From positions 3,539 through 67,538 of the forward strand of contig CAYLHT010000004.1 of NCBI GenBank assembly GCA_964383765.1: a DNA stretch of 64,000 nt, written 5' to 3'. Positions 39,967-49,112 of the stretch are shown here, in pieces. Position numbers and translations under genes: made by a program. Every line of letters starts with the position of its first letter. The first letter of the stretch is position 1. The notes beneath the pieces were generated by a model. That model was given only the letters and a program-made list of their open reading frames with translations, was not told the DNA's origin and searched no databases. The stretch is from an uncultured Gammaproteobacteria bacterium. Its GTDB lineage: Bacteria > Patescibacteriota > Patescibacteriia > SBBC01 > CAIJZX01.

Positions 39967-40431
39967 TTAGGCGAAGTGGGCGAAGGCGCGGTTGGCTTCC
40001 GCCATCCGATGGACGTCCTGTTTCTTCTTGATAGCGTCGCCTTGGTTGGTGGCCGCAGCCATTAATTCTTCGGCGAGCTTGTCAGCCATCGGTCGGCCTT
40101 TTTTGCTACGGGCAGCGTCGAGAATCCAGCGGAAGGCTAGGGCTTGTCGGCGCTTGGGTGCGACTTCAATCGGGACTTGGTAGTTTGAGCCGCCGACGCG
40201 TCGGGATTTGACTTCCACGATTGGCGAAACGTTTTTGATCGCCGATTCAAAAACTTCAAGTGGCTTCTGCTTGGATTTGTCGGCGATAACATCGAAAGCC
40301 GAGTAGACAACTTTGCGCGCCACGGTTTTCTTGCCGCGGGTCATGACCACATTAATAAATTTGCTCAAGACCACCGATTGGTGTTTCGGGTCGGCCGGGA
40401 TATTTCGAATCGGAGCTGGTTTGCCTCGCAT
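39967..40431 (-). CDS. rpsG: 30S ribosomal protein S7
   Basis: [20 protein letters not shown]...QVPIEV matches the S7 core. Confidence 0.85.
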   Translation of the reverse strand: MRGKPAPIRNIPADPKHQSVVLSKFINVVMTRGKKTVARKVVYSAFDVIADKSKQKPLEVFESAIKNVSPIVEVKSRRVGGSNYQVPIEVAPKRRQALAFRWILDAARSKKGRPMADKLAEELMAAATNQGDAIKKKQDVHRMAEANRAFAHFA

Positions 40432-40488
40432 TGAATTAGCTCGTTAGCGTTTTAGCGGATTAGCGGTTTAGTTTCTTGGCGGTTTGGT
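40432..40488 (-). promoter_or_regulatory. GCTAA-repeat motif in the rpsL-rpsG intercistronic region (minus sense: ACCGCTAATCCGCTAAAACGCTAACGAGCTAATTCA-ATG)
   Basis: Four tandem (C)GCTAA units ending 3 nt before the rpsG ATG. There is no canonical SD. The same architecture recurs at 2160-2200 and 42983-43010. Confidence 0.35.
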
Positions 40489-40905
40489 CTATTTTGGTTT
40501 TTTTGCGCCGTAAATCGAGCGACCTTGTTTGCGATCGGACACGCCCTGCGTATCGTACACGCCGCGGACGATATGATACCGCACGCCCGGCAAGTCTTTC
40601 ACCCGGCCGCCGCGGATCAACACGATTGAGTGTTCTTGCAGGTTGTGGCCAATGCCCGGAATGTAGGCCGTTACTTCTTGGCCGTTCGATAGGCGCACAC
40701 GCGCAATCTTCCGCAGGGCGGAGTTCGGCTTTTTGGGAGTCGTGGTCGTGACTTTAACGCACACGCCGCGCTTAAATGGGCTGCCTTTCGGCAAATAGGT
40801 ACGTTGCCGGTGCACCGCATTCATAATAGTTTCCAGGGCCGGGGTTTTCGACTTCGGCTTTTGGAGTTGGCGCCCTTGGCGGACGAGTTGATTAATTGTT
40901 GGCAT
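40489..40905 (-). CDS. rpsL: 30S ribosomal protein S12
   Basis: [13 protein letters not shown]...[10 protein letters not shown] is canonical S12. Confidence 0.9.
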   Translation of the reverse strand: MPTINQLVRQGRQLQKPKSKTPALETIMNAVHRQRTYLPKGSPFKRGVCVKVTTTTPKKPNSALRKIARVRLSNGQEVTAYIPGIGHNLQEHSIVLIRGGRVKDLPGVRYHIVRGVYDTQGVSDRKQGRSIYGAKKPK

Positions 40906-41037
40906 TAACGGGAAAAGTCTACTGAATGTTAGCGCTCAGGTCAAGCCCGAGCGGGGTCAAGAAAAGTCGCTTGAGAAAGCGACAAACGATAAGCAACCTG
41001 CTCAGACTCTACCATTCCGTCGTCAGACTGTCAAATC

Positions 41038-41664
41038 CTACAGCAATGAACCGAGACCCAGTACTCGCAGCACGAGCTTTACCCCGCCGAAAATATAGCT
41101 GTTCAACAATCCCCCGCCGAAATAACTCATCGCGACCAGCGCTAATAATAGGAACATACCGTACCGTTGCAGAAATTGCGTTAACGGATGTTGCGGCCCG
41201 GCGATGGCGGTCAAAATGTGTGAACCATCTAATGGACTGATTGGAATGAGGTTGAAAACGGCCAGACTAGCATTCACGATTACCAATGCTTGTAAGAAAA
41301 TCACCAGCAGGTTCGTCGTCGGCAGATGTGGGCCGACGAGGAGTAATGTGTATCCGCCGAGCGCTACGAGTACAATATTTGAAATCGGGCCGGCAATCGC
41401 CACTAGGCTCGAACCCCAACGTCGGAAGCGTAAGTTGTAAGGATTGAACGGGGCCGGTTTACCCCAACCAATCCTGGCCACCAGGATCATTAAGCTTCCG
41501 ATCGGATCAAGATGTTTGAGTGGATTGAGCGTTAACCGTCCTAGCATCTTTCCGGTTTGATCTCCCTGCAAATAAGCAGACAAGACGTGAGCAAATTCAT
41601 GAACGCCAATCGACAAGAACAACGCCAGATAGGCGGCGATGGCGGTCAGGACGTCAGCATTCAT
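41038..41664 (-). CDS. M50-family (site-2 protease-like) membrane zinc metalloprotease
   Basis: HEFAH (HExxH) in a TM helix, and NLIPISPLDG second motif. 208 aa. Confidence 0.7.
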   Translation of the reverse strand: MNADVLTAIAAYLALFLSIGVHEFAHVLSAYLQGDQTGKMLGRLTLNPLKHLDPIGSLMILVARIGWGKPAPFNPYNLRFRRWGSSLVAIAGPISNIVLVALGGYTLLLVGPHLPTTNLLVIFLQALVIVNASLAVFNLIPISPLDGSHILTAIAGPQHPLTQFLQRYGMFLLLALVAMSYFGGGLLNSYIFGGVKLVLRVLGLGSLL

Positions 41665-41756
41665 ATCTAGGAATTCAGGCCTTGATTCAAAGATGGGCTT
41701 GTGCTAGAGTAGCACAGCTTCATAATTCTTCGTAGTCATCCAACAATTTCACCGTT

Positions 41757-41948
41757 ATGGCTCGCATCTGCGCCGTCTGTGGTCGGGGAGCGATGAATAG
41801 CTTCTCCCGTAGCCACTCCAATATCGCCACCAAGAAAAAGCAGCATCTCAATCTGCAGACCTTGTTCAAAGATGGTCGGCGGGTGGTCGCGTGCGCTTCG
41901 TGTATTCGTACCGAAACGAAACGTTTGACGTCGACTGCGACCGCTTAG
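41757..41948 (+). CDS. rpmB: 50S ribosomal protein L28
   Basis: MARICAVCGRGAMNSFSRSHSNIATKKKQHLNLQT matches the L28 N-terminal region. Confidence 0.8.
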   Translation: MARICAVCGRGAMNSFSRSHSNIATKKKQHLNLQTLFKDGRRVVACASCIRTETKRLTSTATA

Positions 41949-42982
41949 CGGTTCAGCAGTCGCCATTCGAGGAAGAGCAACACGAACCAGCCCACCAACT
42001 GGATGTACCAGAGAATTTGTTGAATTTGTTCAGCCCGCTGTTCGTTCGTGACGCTGAAATGGTCGGCCGCCATGGTCGACATGCCTTCCAAACTCTCGAG
42101 CACTTGCCGGATACTCTGACGCCAACGGTCGAGATGGAGTTTTTTGCTGGCGAGTGAGTAGAGTCGACCGGCGTACCAGTCGCCGATAAGTTGGATATCG
42201 CGCTCGGCGTGTTCAAACTCAATTACTGACTGGGCTCGCAAGCGCATCAATTCCGACATCATCGTGCGGACCTCACGCCGGCTAATATTTGGCACCCGTC
42301 GAAGTAGAGAACTCATGGCGTCCAAGCGTTCGTCCAATTGCTGATCGAGGTGTCGTAACCGCAACAAATTCACATTCGCGACTTGAAGTACGTCTATGGT
42401 GTCTTGCCAGTCGCCATTGGTATCAAAAATGAACGCTCCATCCCAATCGACGATAGTCAAATCATGATGGGCGTACTGTAAACTCGATTCCTCTATCGTT
42501 TTGTGAATTTCCGGTTGGCTGAGTTCAACATTCTCGCTCTTGACCAGGGCGGCAATTCGATTGGCTTGGATTAAAAAGTCGCGCGGGTTCCCGCGATAAT
42601 TCTGAATACAGTATAACGTGTACTCTTCTCGGAATTCCGGCTCAACGGCTTGTTTCAGCAGTAACCGCGCCGCGGTTTCAACCACCTCGTCTTTGAAGCC
42701 AAGGGTAGCTTGGCTAAACACATCTGACACGGTCGTCTGAGCTTCAACCAAGATATTTTCCGGTGGAACAGCTTTGACCGTCAACTCAACTTTCTGACCC
42801 TTGACCGTGGCCGTTTGTTTTTTTAAGACTTTGTACTGCGGGAGGTGACTCGCATAGGTTGGAAAACTCCGGACTGCCTTGATGGTTGAAGCGCCGCGGG
42901 CTGAGACATCACCTTGACTTTGGCCGATCACAAAGGCAATCAGGGTGGCGGGAACTGGTCCTGAATTTTTCCCTCCCGGCAT
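41945..42982 (-). CDS. Hypothetical protein with a C-terminal TM helix
   Basis: 345 aa. No recognised domain. The start codon is immediately preceded by the GCTAA-repeat motif. Confidence 0.45.
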   Translation of the reverse strand: MPGGKNSGPVPATLIAFVIGQSQGDVSARGASTIKAVRSFPTYASHLPQYKVLKKQTATVKGQKVELTVKAVPPENILVEAQTTVSDVFSQATLGFKDEVVETAARLLLKQAVEPEFREEYTLYCIQNYRGNPRDFLIQANRIAALVKSENVELSQPEIHKTIEESSLQYAHHDLTIVDWDGAFIFDTNGDWQDTIDVLQVANVNLLRLRHLDQQLDERLDAMSSLLRRVPNISRREVRTMMSELMRLRAQSVIEFEHAERDIQLIGDWYAGRLYSLASKKLHLDRWRQSIRQVLESLEGMSTMAADHFSVTNEQRAEQIQQILWYIQLVGWFVLLFLEWRLLNR

Positions 42983-43010
42983 GATTAGCTCGCTAGCTCG
43001 TTAGCTGGTT
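42983..43010 (-). promoter_or_regulatory. GCTAA-repeat motif copy (minus sense: CCAGCTAACGAGCTAGCGAGCTAATC-ATG). It overlaps the last 10 codons of the upstream zinc-ribbon gene
   Basis: Shares CTAACGAGCTA with the other two copies. Positioned directly 5' of the ATG at 42982. Confidence 0.3.
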
Positions 43011-43224
43011 GAGCAGGTAGTGGTTCCCACATTTCTTCGCCTTCGAGATACTCTTCGTGCTCGCCGTTCGGCGTGCCGCTCAAACACGATAAGCATTCGC
43101 CGAAGGTCTCACCGGCTTTGTAGTCGTGTTGGTAACCGCACGGCACACACACATAGCGCCCGGCTTTGGGAACAGGATCACCTTTACTGAACGGTTTTTC
43201 CATCAAGGCTTGGCTATCGGCCAT
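42985..43224 (-). CDS. Small zinc-ribbon protein
   Basis: CVPCGY...CLSC four-Cys arrangement. 79 aa. Confidence 0.45.
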   Translation of the reverse strand: MADSQALMEKPFSKGDPVPKAGRYVCVPCGYQHDYKAGETFGECLSCLSGTPNGEHEEYLEGEEMWEPLPAQPANELAS

Positions 43225-43233
43225 GCCGAGAGT

Positions 43234-43899
43234 TTACACCAAAATTTTGACGGGTGCTAGTCGCGGTCCGGGAATCGTATGCCGGTCGGCAACTTTGGAG
43301 GCGGCAAACGATTCGGGTTTGGTTTTCGCGGCATACCCATGCGCCACGATCATACCGACCAGCTCCTGAATCATTTCCCGGGTTGGTCCAAGTTCACCCA
43401 CATCAACATGAATTTCGATGTTGTGCTTCAACCACGGCTTGAGTTCCGGCATGGCTTCGAGTTTTTGAGCGGCCGCGATTGACGTTAACGCCTCGGCGTA
43501 CATTCGATCACGCAACGTCACGAGACGTCCGGTCAGTTGGCGTTGCCAGAAGTAAATACCACCATTACCAACGCGGTGGAGCACAATTGCGGTGACTAAA
43601 TAGACGCGGCCGTCAGCGCTGGGTAATGAATCGGTCCCGACAATTAAACGGTAGTCGTGGTCAGCACTGGCCACCACAAAATCCCGGATGCGGCTGACAA
43701 TCTGGCTCGGTTTCAGCTGTCCGAAGGTGGGACTGTGATATGTCTCTGGCGCTGGCACGCGATGGTGACTCCTTGTTCCTCCTGAACTGTGAAACCTCTC
43801 AAGCCAGGGTTTCACGAATCGACCGTAGTATATACCACTCTGGGCGACTATGCAACCCGCGCCGGAATGGCCAATTTCGACTGCCGGAATTCGGGCCAA
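43234..43899 (-). CDS. DUF458/YkuK-like (RNase H-like fold) family protein
   Basis: RLIVGTDSLPSADGRVYLVTAIVLHRVGNGGIYFW resembles the YkuK family core. The 5' end overlaps tgt by about 50 nt, so the start is uncertain. Confidence 0.4.
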   Translation of the reverse strand: MARIPAVEIGHSGAGCIVAQSGIYYGRFVKPWLERFHSSGGTRSHHRVPAPETYHSPTFGQLKPSQIVSRIRDFVVASADHDYRLIVGTDSLPSADGRVYLVTAIVLHRVGNGGIYFWQRQLTGRLVTLRDRMYAEALTSIAAAQKLEAMPELKPWLKHNIEIHVDVGELGPTREMIQELVGMIVAHGYAAKTKPESFAASKVADRHTIPGPRLAPVKILV

Positions 43900-45029
43900 C
43901 GTTTTTCAGTAATCGCCTGGCGAATATCAGACATCAATCGAACCATCATCCGCACATTATGAATCGACAACGCCCGACTCCCCTGTCGGTCGCGAGCTTT
44001 GCACCAGGCTTTAATCTGATTCGCGCTCAGGGTTGTGCAGGACGTACAATCACAACTGTTAACCAATGGGCCGTCAGTTTGACGTCGAGCCACGCCGGTG
44101 ATGTCTTCATACTTCGTGCCGGTTAAGGCACTCTGGTGCCGGGCGCGGCGGATCGGTTCGACACAGTCGAACAGATCGGCGCCAGCCTCAACGCAGTCGA
44201 GAATATCATTCACCCAGCCGATGCCGAGAACGTGGCGAGGTTTTCCTTCGGGCAGGAACGGCGCCGCGGCGCGCAGCGCCGCCGCCGCTCCACCCGCGTC
44301 GTAGGACCCACCAATGGCAAAACCGCCGAAGGGTAGCTGGCCAATTAACTCGGCACTGGCTTTTCGCAAATGTTCAAACGGACCACCTTGGACGATGCCG
44401 AGCAACAGTTGGTCAGATCGGTGATGAGATTCAAGACAGAGTTTAGCCCAGGAATGCGTTCGTTCCAAGGCTTGACGGTTGTAGGTTTCATTGTGTTGAG
44501 GTGACGTCGGTTCATCAAACGCAAAGGCGATATCAGCTCCGAGAAGTTGTTGCAATCGCATTGATTCTTGGGGCGTCAGACGAATACTCTGCTCACCATC
44601 CGTAAATGTCACGCCGTCGTTATCGATCATGACCTTACTTTCGCCCAGCGGTCGTGGGTCTGCGGCGTTAATCCCACCCTGTTTTTTCATAGAGCCGTGC
44701 ACGCGGGACCAACCGTAACTGAAGACTTGAAAACCGCCGGAATCGGTAGCCAGCGCTTTGTTCCAGCCCATCCATTGGTGTAGTCCACCGGCTTCAGCTA
44801 TTTTTTCAGCTCCGATTTGGCGTGAAAGGTGGTACGTATTGCACATGATCACGTCGACATCAGCATCGATGGCATCGGTTAATTCCATACCGTGAAATAC
44901 ACCGCGCGTCGCAACGGGCATGAAATTCGGGGTGGGGATGTCGCCGTGGGGTGTATGCAGAATACCGACGCGAACCGAGTGCGGTTGGTACCCATGAGTA
45001 ATCTCAAATGTAGACATGGCACACATCAT
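43848..45029 (-). CDS. tgt: Queuine tRNA-ribosyltransferase
   Basis: Conserved MPVATRG near the N-terminus, C-terminal zinc site CDCTSC...H, and substrate-binding regions. The start is probably the third Met (MSTFEITHGY). Confidence 0.85.
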   Translation of the reverse strand: MMCAMSTFEITHGYQPHSVRVGILHTPHGDIPTPNFMPVATRGVFHGMELTDAIDADVDVIMCNTYHLSRQIGAEKIAEAGGLHQWMGWNKALATDSGGFQVFSYGWSRVHGSMKKQGGINAADPRPLGESKVMIDNDGVTFTDGEQSIRLTPQESMRLQQLLGADIAFAFDEPTSPQHNETYNRQALERTHSWAKLCLESHHRSDQLLLGIVQGGPFEHLRKASAELIGQLPFGGFAIGGSYDAGGAAAALRAAAPFLPEGKPRHVLGIGWVNDILDCVEAGADLFDCVEPIRRARHQSALTGTKYEDITGVARRQTDGPLVNSCDCTSCTTLSANQIKAWCKARDRQGSRALSIHNVRMMVRLMSDIRQAITEKRWPEFRQSKLAIPARVA

Positions 45030-45142
45030 GTCACATCACGCGACTCATATCAATCCTTGACATTCGGGTTTTTCTAGCGTACAACACTGTCTACTTGTTC
45101 CGCGTGGCGTCGTCGAACCCAAGTGTGCCAAGGAGGCCTCCC

Positions 45143-45367
45143 GTGGTCGCGTCCCGTGCCAGACGAATCAAACAGTTCACCGGATTCACTGTTCCCGAAC
45201 TCGCCCGCCTGCAGAAGTTGTCCGCCCCCTGTCAACATCCGACCGAGTCGGAATTGCGCCGGGATGTGGTCGAGCTCCATCAGAGCGGCACCATGTCAGA
45301 CCGTCTCCGGCGCGCCAAGTCCTGCGGCCAGTGCTATGTACTGACCAACCGACTGCTTCGCTCCTAG
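45143..45367 (+). CDS. Small (74 aa) high-GC hypothetical protein with a possible helix-turn-helix; GTG start
   Basis: Perfect AAGGAGG SD 6 nt upstream of the in-frame GTG at 45143. Upstream TTGACA -35-like hexamer and a downstream intrinsic terminator. GC-rich codon usage unlike the neighbours. Confidence 0.45.
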   Translation: MVASRARRIKQFTGFTVPELARLQKLSAPCQHPTESELRRDVVELHQSGTMSDRLRRAKSCGQCYVLTNRLLRS

Positions 45368-45395
45368 CTCGCCTCCGGGCGAGTTTTCTTTTTCG
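45368..45395 (+). terminator. Rho-independent terminator after the small high-GC gene
   Basis: CTCGCC-tccg-GGCGAG followed by TTTTCTTTTT. Confidence 0.6.
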
Positions 45396-45432
45396 ATCGT
45401 AATCCGAACGTTGAAATGATACCAGTCAGGTT

Positions 45433-45831
45433 CTACCACCCAAATGTGGTTTTTATGGCTTGCCAATAGTATTCACGCCAACCCTGGGCGATATCCTTGG
45501 CTTTATTGGCCGGCACGTCGGTTTGGGTAAACATGTACTTCGTGCCCTTTGCCGCTTTGACCAATTGGAGTTTCAGCGTCGAAAAATGACCGGCCGGCCA
45601 ATCATCGGCCCGCCAGCTTTGGACAATCTTTTTGCCCGGCTCAAGTTCGATGTTCTTACCGGTCGCCCAGCCATCAAAGGTAGTAAAGGTTCCGCCGACT
45701 TTGGGACTGACCACTGCTCCTTGTCCAGTAAAGGCGGCATGTTGGTCGCTAGTCATCCAAGCATCGTAGATCTGCTGGGGGGTGGCTTTGAACATGCCGC
45801 CTTGTTTAATGGTCACGTTTTTCTTGGACAT
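45433..45831 (-). CDS. SRPBCC superfamily protein (AHSA1/activator of Hsp90 ATPase-like domain)
   Basis: 132 aa. TPQQIYDAWMTSDQHAAF...GGTFTTFDGW is typical of the AHSA1/START-like fold. Confidence 0.5.
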   Translation of the reverse strand: MSKKNVTIKQGGMFKATPQQIYDAWMTSDQHAAFTGQGAVVSPKVGGTFTTFDGWATGKNIELEPGKKIVQSWRADDWPAGHFSTLKLQLVKAAKGTKYMFTQTDVPANKAKDIAQGWREYYWQAIKTTFGW

Positions 45832-46097
45832 AGTTTAAGTCTGATCTAATTCGGACGGCTTGACAAGCTCCGTCGACGGTCCTGGTCAAGAGTGCTAAGC
45901 TACGTGAGGTTCGGAAATGGAGGGATGATGCCGAAACCAAAATCACGGACCACGCCGGTTCGTGCCACACGGCGATCGGCCCAACGGAACGGCACGTTTG
46001 CACCGCCGTTGCCTGACGGTCTACCGCCGGAGTCATGGCTGGTCTACAACCGAACGGTTGGCCATGTCCAACCCCGCCAGCCAGTCCGGCGTCGCTC

Positions 46098-46128
46098 ACC
46101 TCGAGTTCGTTGAACCCGAGGTTTTTTC
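46098..46128 (+). terminator. Plus-strand intrinsic terminator, convergent with the DEAD-box gene stop
   Basis: ACCTCG-agttcgttgaacc-CGAGGT followed by TTTTTTC. Implies a plus-strand transcript at about 45.85-46.12 kb (small basic ORF 45892..46113, or an sRNA). Confidence 0.45.
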
Positions 46129-47367
46129 TTACCGGTGACTAGATTGATGGGATCGAGAATGTCGATGCTGACGCCGTCGGAATTGGCGGCCTAAGCGGCC
46201 ATGCTGCGGGGCTTGAAATGGTACACGCTCGTGAACGGTCAGCGGTGCGCGGCGCGGCGGTAATGTTGGTAAAGGTTTAACCGGTAAACTTGCTCGAATC
46301 AGCCGTTCAATATCTTTCAAGTCACGCCGTTGGTCGGGTTGGGCAAAAGAAATGGCCAGGCCGCTGCGTCCAGCCCGACCCGTTCGGCCAATTCGATGGA
46401 CGTAATCTTCGGCTTGACTTGGCAAATCAAAATTAATAACGAGCTCAATTCCAGTCACGTCAATGCCGCGAGCGGCAATGTCCGTGGCCACCAGGACTCG
46501 GTAGCGACCCGCACGAAACCCATCCAGGGCTTCGCGGCGTTGAGCCAGACTCCGATTGGAATGAATATCGGCGGACGTGTGACCCATTTGCTTGACTTGA
46601 CGTGCGAGTTTCTTAGCGGCGAACTTAGTGCGAGTAAAGACTAAGACGGAACCACGATGTTCGGACAGTAGTTGGTCGAGGAGTTGAACCTTTTGGTCTT
46701 TCGCGACGATGTAGATTTCCTGTTGGACGGTTTCGGCGGCGGTCCCGGCCCGCGCGACTTCAATGTGGACGGGAATGTGCATGTGCGTGCGGGCAATCCG
46801 TAAAATATCCTGAGGCATCGTGGCCGAAAAGAGTAACGTCTGACGTTGCTTCGGGACGGATTTCAAAATTCGATTGAGTTGCGGCGCAAACCCCATATCG
46901 AGCATCCGGTCAGCTTCGTCTAACACCAGAATTTGTACATCGCCGAGTTTAAGGGTGCCTTGATCAAGGTGATCAATCAACCGACCGGGCGTGGCAATAA
47001 TAATGTGTGGTTTTCGTTGGAGTGATTGGTTTTGGATATGCATCGACGCGCCACCAATCAAGACCGCAGTCCGTAAATTGACCCGCCGGCCAATTTGTTG
47101 AATGGCGGCATCAACTTGCAAGGCTAATTCTCGAGTGGGCAAAATTACCAAACCGCGACCTTGAACTTGGGCCAGACGTTGCAACATCGGAATTCCAAAC
47201 GCTAAGGTTTTGCCGGTGCCGGTTTGCGCCACGCCAATCATATCCTGGCCGGCAATCGCGACCGGGATCGATTGGGCTTGAATCGGCGTTGGTACCTTAA
47301 ACCCGAGCTGCCCAATGATGTCGAGCAGCCGCGGGGCAATTCCTAAACCAGTGAAGTCATTCGTCAT
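46129..47367 (-). CDS. DEAD-box ATP-dependent RNA helicase
   Basis: Q motif, Walker A AQTGTGKT, DEAD (VLDEADRM), SAT, and HRIGRTGRAG motif VI. 412 aa. Confidence 0.85.
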   Translation of the reverse strand: MTNDFTGLGIAPRLLDIIGQLGFKVPTPIQAQSIPVAIAGQDMIGVAQTGTGKTLAFGIPMLQRLAQVQGRGLVILPTRELALQVDAAIQQIGRRVNLRTAVLIGGASMHIQNQSLQRKPHIIIATPGRLIDHLDQGTLKLGDVQILVLDEADRMLDMGFAPQLNRILKSVPKQRQTLLFSATMPQDILRIARTHMHIPVHIEVARAGTAAETVQQEIYIVAKDQKVQLLDQLLSEHRGSVLVFTRTKFAAKKLARQVKQMGHTSADIHSNRSLAQRREALDGFRAGRYRVLVATDIAARGIDVTGIELVINFDLPSQAEDYVHRIGRTGRAGRSGLAISFAQPDQRRDLKDIERLIRASLPVKPLPTLPPRRAPLTVHERVPFQAPQHGRLGRQFRRRQHRHSRSHQSSHR

Positions 47368-48254
47368 ACTAACTTATCTAACCACTGTCCAATCAATTTG
47401 ACCAGCTGCTTTTGGTGACGGTGAAATCCGTGACTAGCGCCGGGGATCACAGCGCCGGTGAAATGACGGCTAGATGTTGATCGATGTCTAAAAAAATCAA
47501 CAACGTTTTTCGCCGGCTGATCAAGAAAATTATCTTTCCCGCCGAAAACGACGAAAATTGGTTTAGAAATTTTATCGAGAGCAGCCCAGCGTCGCTTGGG
47601 ATCGTACCACGGAAAAGTGTCTTCCGATGCTCCGGGCGTGTAGAGACTGACAAATCGCTGAGCTGATAAAAAACCATCCCAGTGCATATGGATAATATGA
47701 TCGGGCTGATGTTTGGTGATTTTGGTTGCTTGCTTCAAAGTGTTTTCAAGTTTCCTCCGACCCATATCTTTACGTTGCGCCACAATATCGCTGACTGGGC
47801 CGGCCAGAAAAACTCCGATGAGCCCTGGAAATTTTCGACGAGAGAGAAAATAGACAACCTTGTTTGCACCAGTTGAATGCCCTGCCAGAATCATTTTCTT
47901 ATAGCCACGACCTCGAGCCAGTTTGATAACTGCCTCAACGTCCCGAACTGACTCATTGAAACGTTCGAACGCCGCGCCCTGCATGTGTCGTTCTCCCCAA
48001 TCGGCGATGTGATGCCCACGTGTGTTGAACTTAAAATACCCAATTCCTCGCTTGGTACAGGCTGCACTTAGCTGTCGCATCAATTCTTGTCCGGAATCAA
48101 AACTCGACGTTAATCCGTGCACCCAAATCAAGGCCGCTTTCTTTCGACCTCGTGGTTCAACCACAACACCAGCTAAATCAAGTCCGTCAGTCGTTGTGAC
48201 ATGCGTCAGATTGACGGGCACCAGCGGAAAAAGTTTTGGGCGACGGGTCGGCAT
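47364..48254 (-). CDS. Alpha/beta hydrolase fold protein
   Basis: GHSTG nucleophile elbow (GxSxG). 296 aa. Confidence 0.6.
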   Translation of the reverse strand: MPTRRPKLFPLVPVNLTHVTTTDGLDLAGVVVEPRGRKKAALIWVHGLTSSFDSGQELMRQLSAACTKRGIGYFKFNTRGHHIADWGERHMQGAAFERFNESVRDVEAVIKLARGRGYKKMILAGHSTGANKVVYFLSRRKFPGLIGVFLAGPVSDIVAQRKDMGRRKLENTLKQATKITKHQPDHIIHMHWDGFLSAQRFVSLYTPGASEDTFPWYDPKRRWAALDKISKPIFVVFGGKDNFLDQPAKNVVDFFRHRSTSSRHFTGAVIPGASHGFHRHQKQLVKLIGQWLDKLV

Positions 48255-48368
48255 ATCAGTAGTGTATCAGAGACTTGACAAAGATGTCCTTTTCTGTCAA
48301 CGTGGTCCCATTACTGAAACACGCCGAACTGCTGTCTTGTTGTTGTTTGACAACCAAGGAGAGCATCC

Positions 48369-49112
48369 ATGCCCTCGCCTATTCGTGGGTCAACCAAAGA
48401 GTGCTTGGCGCACTACTTTGCTCAGCTGCCGCCGACCAGTCAACGGTCCGGGGTGCGCGCGCGAACGCCGCTGATCCAGTATTGCGGCTGCATCCGGCGG
48501 ACCGTTGCCGATTGGCAAACCGGTCCCCTGCCAGTCGGTGTCTACTTGATCAAGCTTCGCTTTTTTTTGGCGAGCCAAGGATACACCGTCACCGAGTTGG
48601 AGAGTTTGCACCCGTTGGTCCGTTCGCTCGGCTTGATCCTGGCCGAGGGGCGAGCCACGCTCGAGGAATTGCGTCTGGCGCTGGGGTATTCGGACCAGCA
48701 AGAAGTCTTGACGATTCTTCGAGGTAAGCAGAAGCCATACCACCTGGAACAGCGTCTGCAACCACTGGTCGACCGTTACCGAGCGGAACCGAAACCCCCG
48801 GCGACCGGAGTGAAACCGGCCAATGGTGGCGCCGTTCGGGCCACCCCACCCTCAATTCCGGGCGTGAATGGAAGTCAGAAGGGTCTCGTCATCAAGACGC
48901 TCGGCGCCATGATCAAGGCCATGCTACCGCTTGCGAAAGCGGTTGAAGCCAGCCCATTCACCGTCGCCGATCGTGATGCGCTGCATGAGTTGCTGCCCGA
49001 GAACGAGATGTTCCATCTGATCTACTCCCTCAAGCGGCTCACCAGTGAGACCGCTCGACGGGACATCCCACCTGAAGCGCAATCCCACCAAGGAGGAGAC
49101 CGTGGGCGATAA
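48369..49112 (+). CDS. Hypothetical protein, first gene of the high-GC three-gene island
   Basis: AAGGAG SD 7 nt upstream of the ATG. High-GC codon usage. No recognised domain. Overlaps the next gene by 11 nt. Confidence 0.55.
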   Translation: MPSPIRGSTKECLAHYFAQLPPTSQRSGVRARTPLIQYCGCIRRTVADWQTGPLPVGVYLIKLRFFLASQGYTVTELESLHPLVRSLGLILAEGRATLEELRLALGYSDQQEVLTILRGKQKPYHLEQRLQPLVDRYRAEPKPPATGVKPANGGAVRATPPSIPGVNGSQKGLVIKTLGAMIKAMLPLAKAVEASPFTVADRDALHELLPENEMFHLIYSLKRLTSETARRDIPPEAQSHQGGDRGR

